From an uncultured delta proteobacterium (lineage in GTDB: Bacteria > Myxococcota > Myxococcia > Myxococcales > Anaeromyxobacteraceae): a stretch of DNA of 64,000 nucleotides. Both the position numbers and the translations under genes were made by a program. This document shows, piece by piece, positions 62,202 to 64,000 of the stretch. The notes beneath the pieces were generated by a model that did no database searches, had not been told where the DNA came from, and saw only the letters and a program-made list of their open reading frames with translations. The stretch is taken from the NCBI GenBank assembly GCA_963828255.1, contig CAWHDZ010000003.1, forward strand, positions 192,001-256,000, given 5' to 3'. Numbering within the stretch: the first letter of the stretch is position 1; each line of letters starts with the position of its first letter.

Positions 62202-62899
62202 CGGGCCACCTCGAAGGTCAGGCTGGCCTCCGCCGTCAGGGTGTCGGCCTCGGGTGTGCCGAGCGGGCGCTTCAGGGTCGCGCTGACCGACTCCACGTCG
62301 GAGGCGCGAACCTTCACGCGGCACTCACCGGCCACGTCGGTCTCGCCGAGCGGCTTGTGGCCGATGGACACCACCGCGCCGGCCACCGGCTTTCCCTGCC
62401 AGAGCACCCGGAACGTCGCCTTGTCGCCCTGCCGGACGCGCGCGAGATTGCCCACCGGGAGGATCTCCAGCTCGTCGCCCAGGGGCTCTCCCGCCGACGG
62501 GGAGCGGACGTCGATCCACTTGGCCCACTGCATGGACCGCCAGGAGCGGACCGCGTCGGGCGCCCGGTTCCTGGGGAGGTTCCTCTCGCCGTCCGGGGTG
62601 AGCGACCAGAACCCGCCGTCGAGGAAGGCGCTGGCGACGTCGCAGCGGGACGGCGTGAGCAGTTCCTTCAGGGCGGCCTTCGACGTGGCGCGGACGTCGG
62701 TCGCCGCCGCCCGCCCCTTCCGGCAGGGGATGGACTTCACCTTGGCCGCGTCCAGGTCGAGGGCCTCGCCCCCCCGGTGGCCGAAGCGGAGGACCAGGAC
62801 CTCACCCCGCGGCTCGAACCAGAGGTCGTGGGCGCGAGCGCCGAGGGGCAGCGCCAGCCAGGCTGCGGCAATCGAACGTGCGACCCACCTCGACGTCAT
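62198..62899 (-). CDS. DUF4198 (NikK-like) periplasmic protein
   Basis: Signal ARA then HDLWF; LEILP, VLWQGKP, TDVAG, ASLTFEV; GAGGA RBS. Confidence 0.8.
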   Translation of the reverse strand: MTSRWVARSIAAAWLALPLGARAHDLWFEPRGEVLVLRFGHRGGEALDLDAAKVKSIPCRKGRAAATDVRATSKAALKELLTPSRCDVASAFLDGGFWSLTPDGERNLPRNRAPDAVRSWRSMQWAKWIDVRSPSAGEPLGDELEILPVGNLARVRQGDKATFRVLWQGKPVAGAVVSIGHKPLGETDVAGECRVKVRASDVESVSATLKRPLGTPEADTLTAEASLTFEVAR

Positions 62900-62914
62900 G
62901 CGACGAATGTCCTC

Positions 62915-62949
62915 GTTCGTGCTACGAGCGGTGGCACCGTAGCACGAAC
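62915..62949. promoter_or_regulatory. NikR operator
   Basis: Perfect 12-bp inverted repeat GTTCGTGCTACG-N11-CGTAGCACGAAC (core GTGCTAC-N13-GTAGCAC), 15 nt upstream of the Ni operon start. Confidence 0.85.
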
Positions 62950-62979
62950 AGGCTATCCGTGATACCGCACGCGCTCGCC

Positions 62980-63783
62980 TCACTTCCGCGCGGCGTCCAC
63001 CTTCGGGACCGGTGGCCTCGCCTTCAGATACTTCGAGCCGGTCCAGACGAGCACCGCGGCGAAGGTGAGCCGGAGGACCACCTCCGGGAGGCGCAGGGCG
63101 AAGGTGCTGCCCACCAGCGTTCCCACCAGGATCCCCGGGATGAGCCCGGGGAGCAGCCCCCGCACGACGTTGCCAAGACGGAAGTGGGTGTAGGCGCCCA
63201 CCGCCCCCGCCGGGACCATGGCGAGGAGCGAGCTTCCCTGCGCGAGGATCTGAGGGAAGCCGGCCAGGAGCACCATGGCGGGCACCATGATGCTGCCGCC
63301 CCCAACGCCCATCATGCCGGAGAGGAAGCCGGTGAAGACCCCGGTGGTGAGGAGCACCGCCGCCGTCACCCAGGTCGAGGGGTGTGCTCCGGCGCCCCCG
63401 AGCCAGGGGCGGGCCAGGAGGACGACCGCGATGACGAGCAGGAAGGCGCCGAAGGAGCGCTTGAGCTTCCACTCGGGGAGGACGTGGGCGTACCGGGCTC
63501 CGTATCGTGCCGTCACCGTGGCCGTGACGGCGAGAAGGCCGGCCCCGAGGAGATCCACCTGCCCCTTGGTGGCGTAGGTGGCGGCGCCGACCAGCCCCGT
63601 GAAGACCAGGGCGACGAGGCTCGTGCCGTGGGCCTGCTTCTGCTGCAGCCCGGCCACGCCGACCATGAGCGGCACCATCACCACTCCGCCGCCCAGCCCG
63701 ACCAGGCCGCCGAAGCAGCCGGCCGCCAGCCCGATGAGGAGGCTCTTCCCGAATGCGACGGGGGGACCCGGACCGTTGGCCAT
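62980..63783 (-). CDS. TauE/SafE (TSUP) family membrane transporter
   Basis: GGLVGLGGGVVMVP..AHGTSL, repeated as SGMMGVGGG..AQGSSL. Confidence 0.9.
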   Translation of the reverse strand: MANGPGPPVAFGKSLLIGLAAGCFGGLVGLGGGVVMVPLMVGVAGLQQKQAHGTSLVALVFTGLVGAATYATKGQVDLLGAGLLAVTATVTARYGARYAHVLPEWKLKRSFGAFLLVIAVVLLARPWLGGAGAHPSTWVTAAVLLTTGVFTGFLSGMMGVGGGSIMVPAMVLLAGFPQILAQGSSLLAMVPAGAVGAYTHFRLGNVVRGLLPGLIPGILVGTLVGSTFALRLPEVVLRLTFAAVLVWTGSKYLKARPPVPKVDAARK

Positions 63784-63922
63784 GGACCCGCTTCGTATCA
63801 GGTTGCCTTTGCCAGGTCGTCCCCAAAGGGCATCCGAGGCGCCCGCGCCCCGCGCCCGCCGGCGTCCTCGCGGCTTGCGCAAGCCGGATGGTTGGCTTAC
63901 GAGTCGAGGGCGAGGAGAACGC

Positions 63923-64000
63923 ATGATCGCCTTCACGCTGAACGGGAAGCCGGTGCAGGTGGACGTTTCCCCGAAGACGCCGCTCCTCTGGGTGCTTCGG
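63923..64000 (+). CDS. (2Fe-2S)-binding subunit, IorA/CoxS-like (runs off the right edge)
   Basis: AGGAG RBS; MIAFTLNGKPVQVDVSPKTPLLWVLR. Confidence 0.8.
   Translation, partial: MIAFTLNGKPVQVDVSPKTPLLWVLR

Overview
Very GC-rich, gene-dense bacterial chromosomal segment. Gene content (PilZ-like proteins, MJ0042-finger protein, ArsA pair, RxGxS-type NikR, myxobacterial-type lipoproteins) suggests a myxobacterium/deltaproteobacterium such as an Anaeromyxobacter relative (inference). I count about 66 CDS and one tRNA-Ala(CGC), and saw no CRISPR array, integrase or transposase. Main modules: (1) a beta-1,3-glucan locus with a GH149-like phosphorylase (truncated at the left edge, absent from the ORF track) divergent from three tandem GH17-like genes, with one ROK-type operator overlapping both promoters; (2) an uncharacterised molybdopterin oxidoreductase and a B12 radical SAM gene preceded by a Fur-like box; (3) heme o/a synthesis; (4) ttcA-deoC-deoB and metY-moeB; (5) an ArsA/Get3-like pair, phasin-like protein, orphan ParA and PhaR-like regulator, a candidate storage-granule module; (6) rtcB, MATE/MFS, ruvC-ruvA/ruvB, and lpxC with a sigma54-like promoter; (7) RegB/RegA; (8) a degenerate thymidylate-kinase homologue; (9) a six-gene ECF nickel-uptake operon with a NikR operator, an outer-membrane barrel and N-terminal-His proteins. 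Three genes carry single-G losses in G-runs, probably long-read errors. Many genes look leaderless. All family calls come from motif recognition by eye; no database searches were run.
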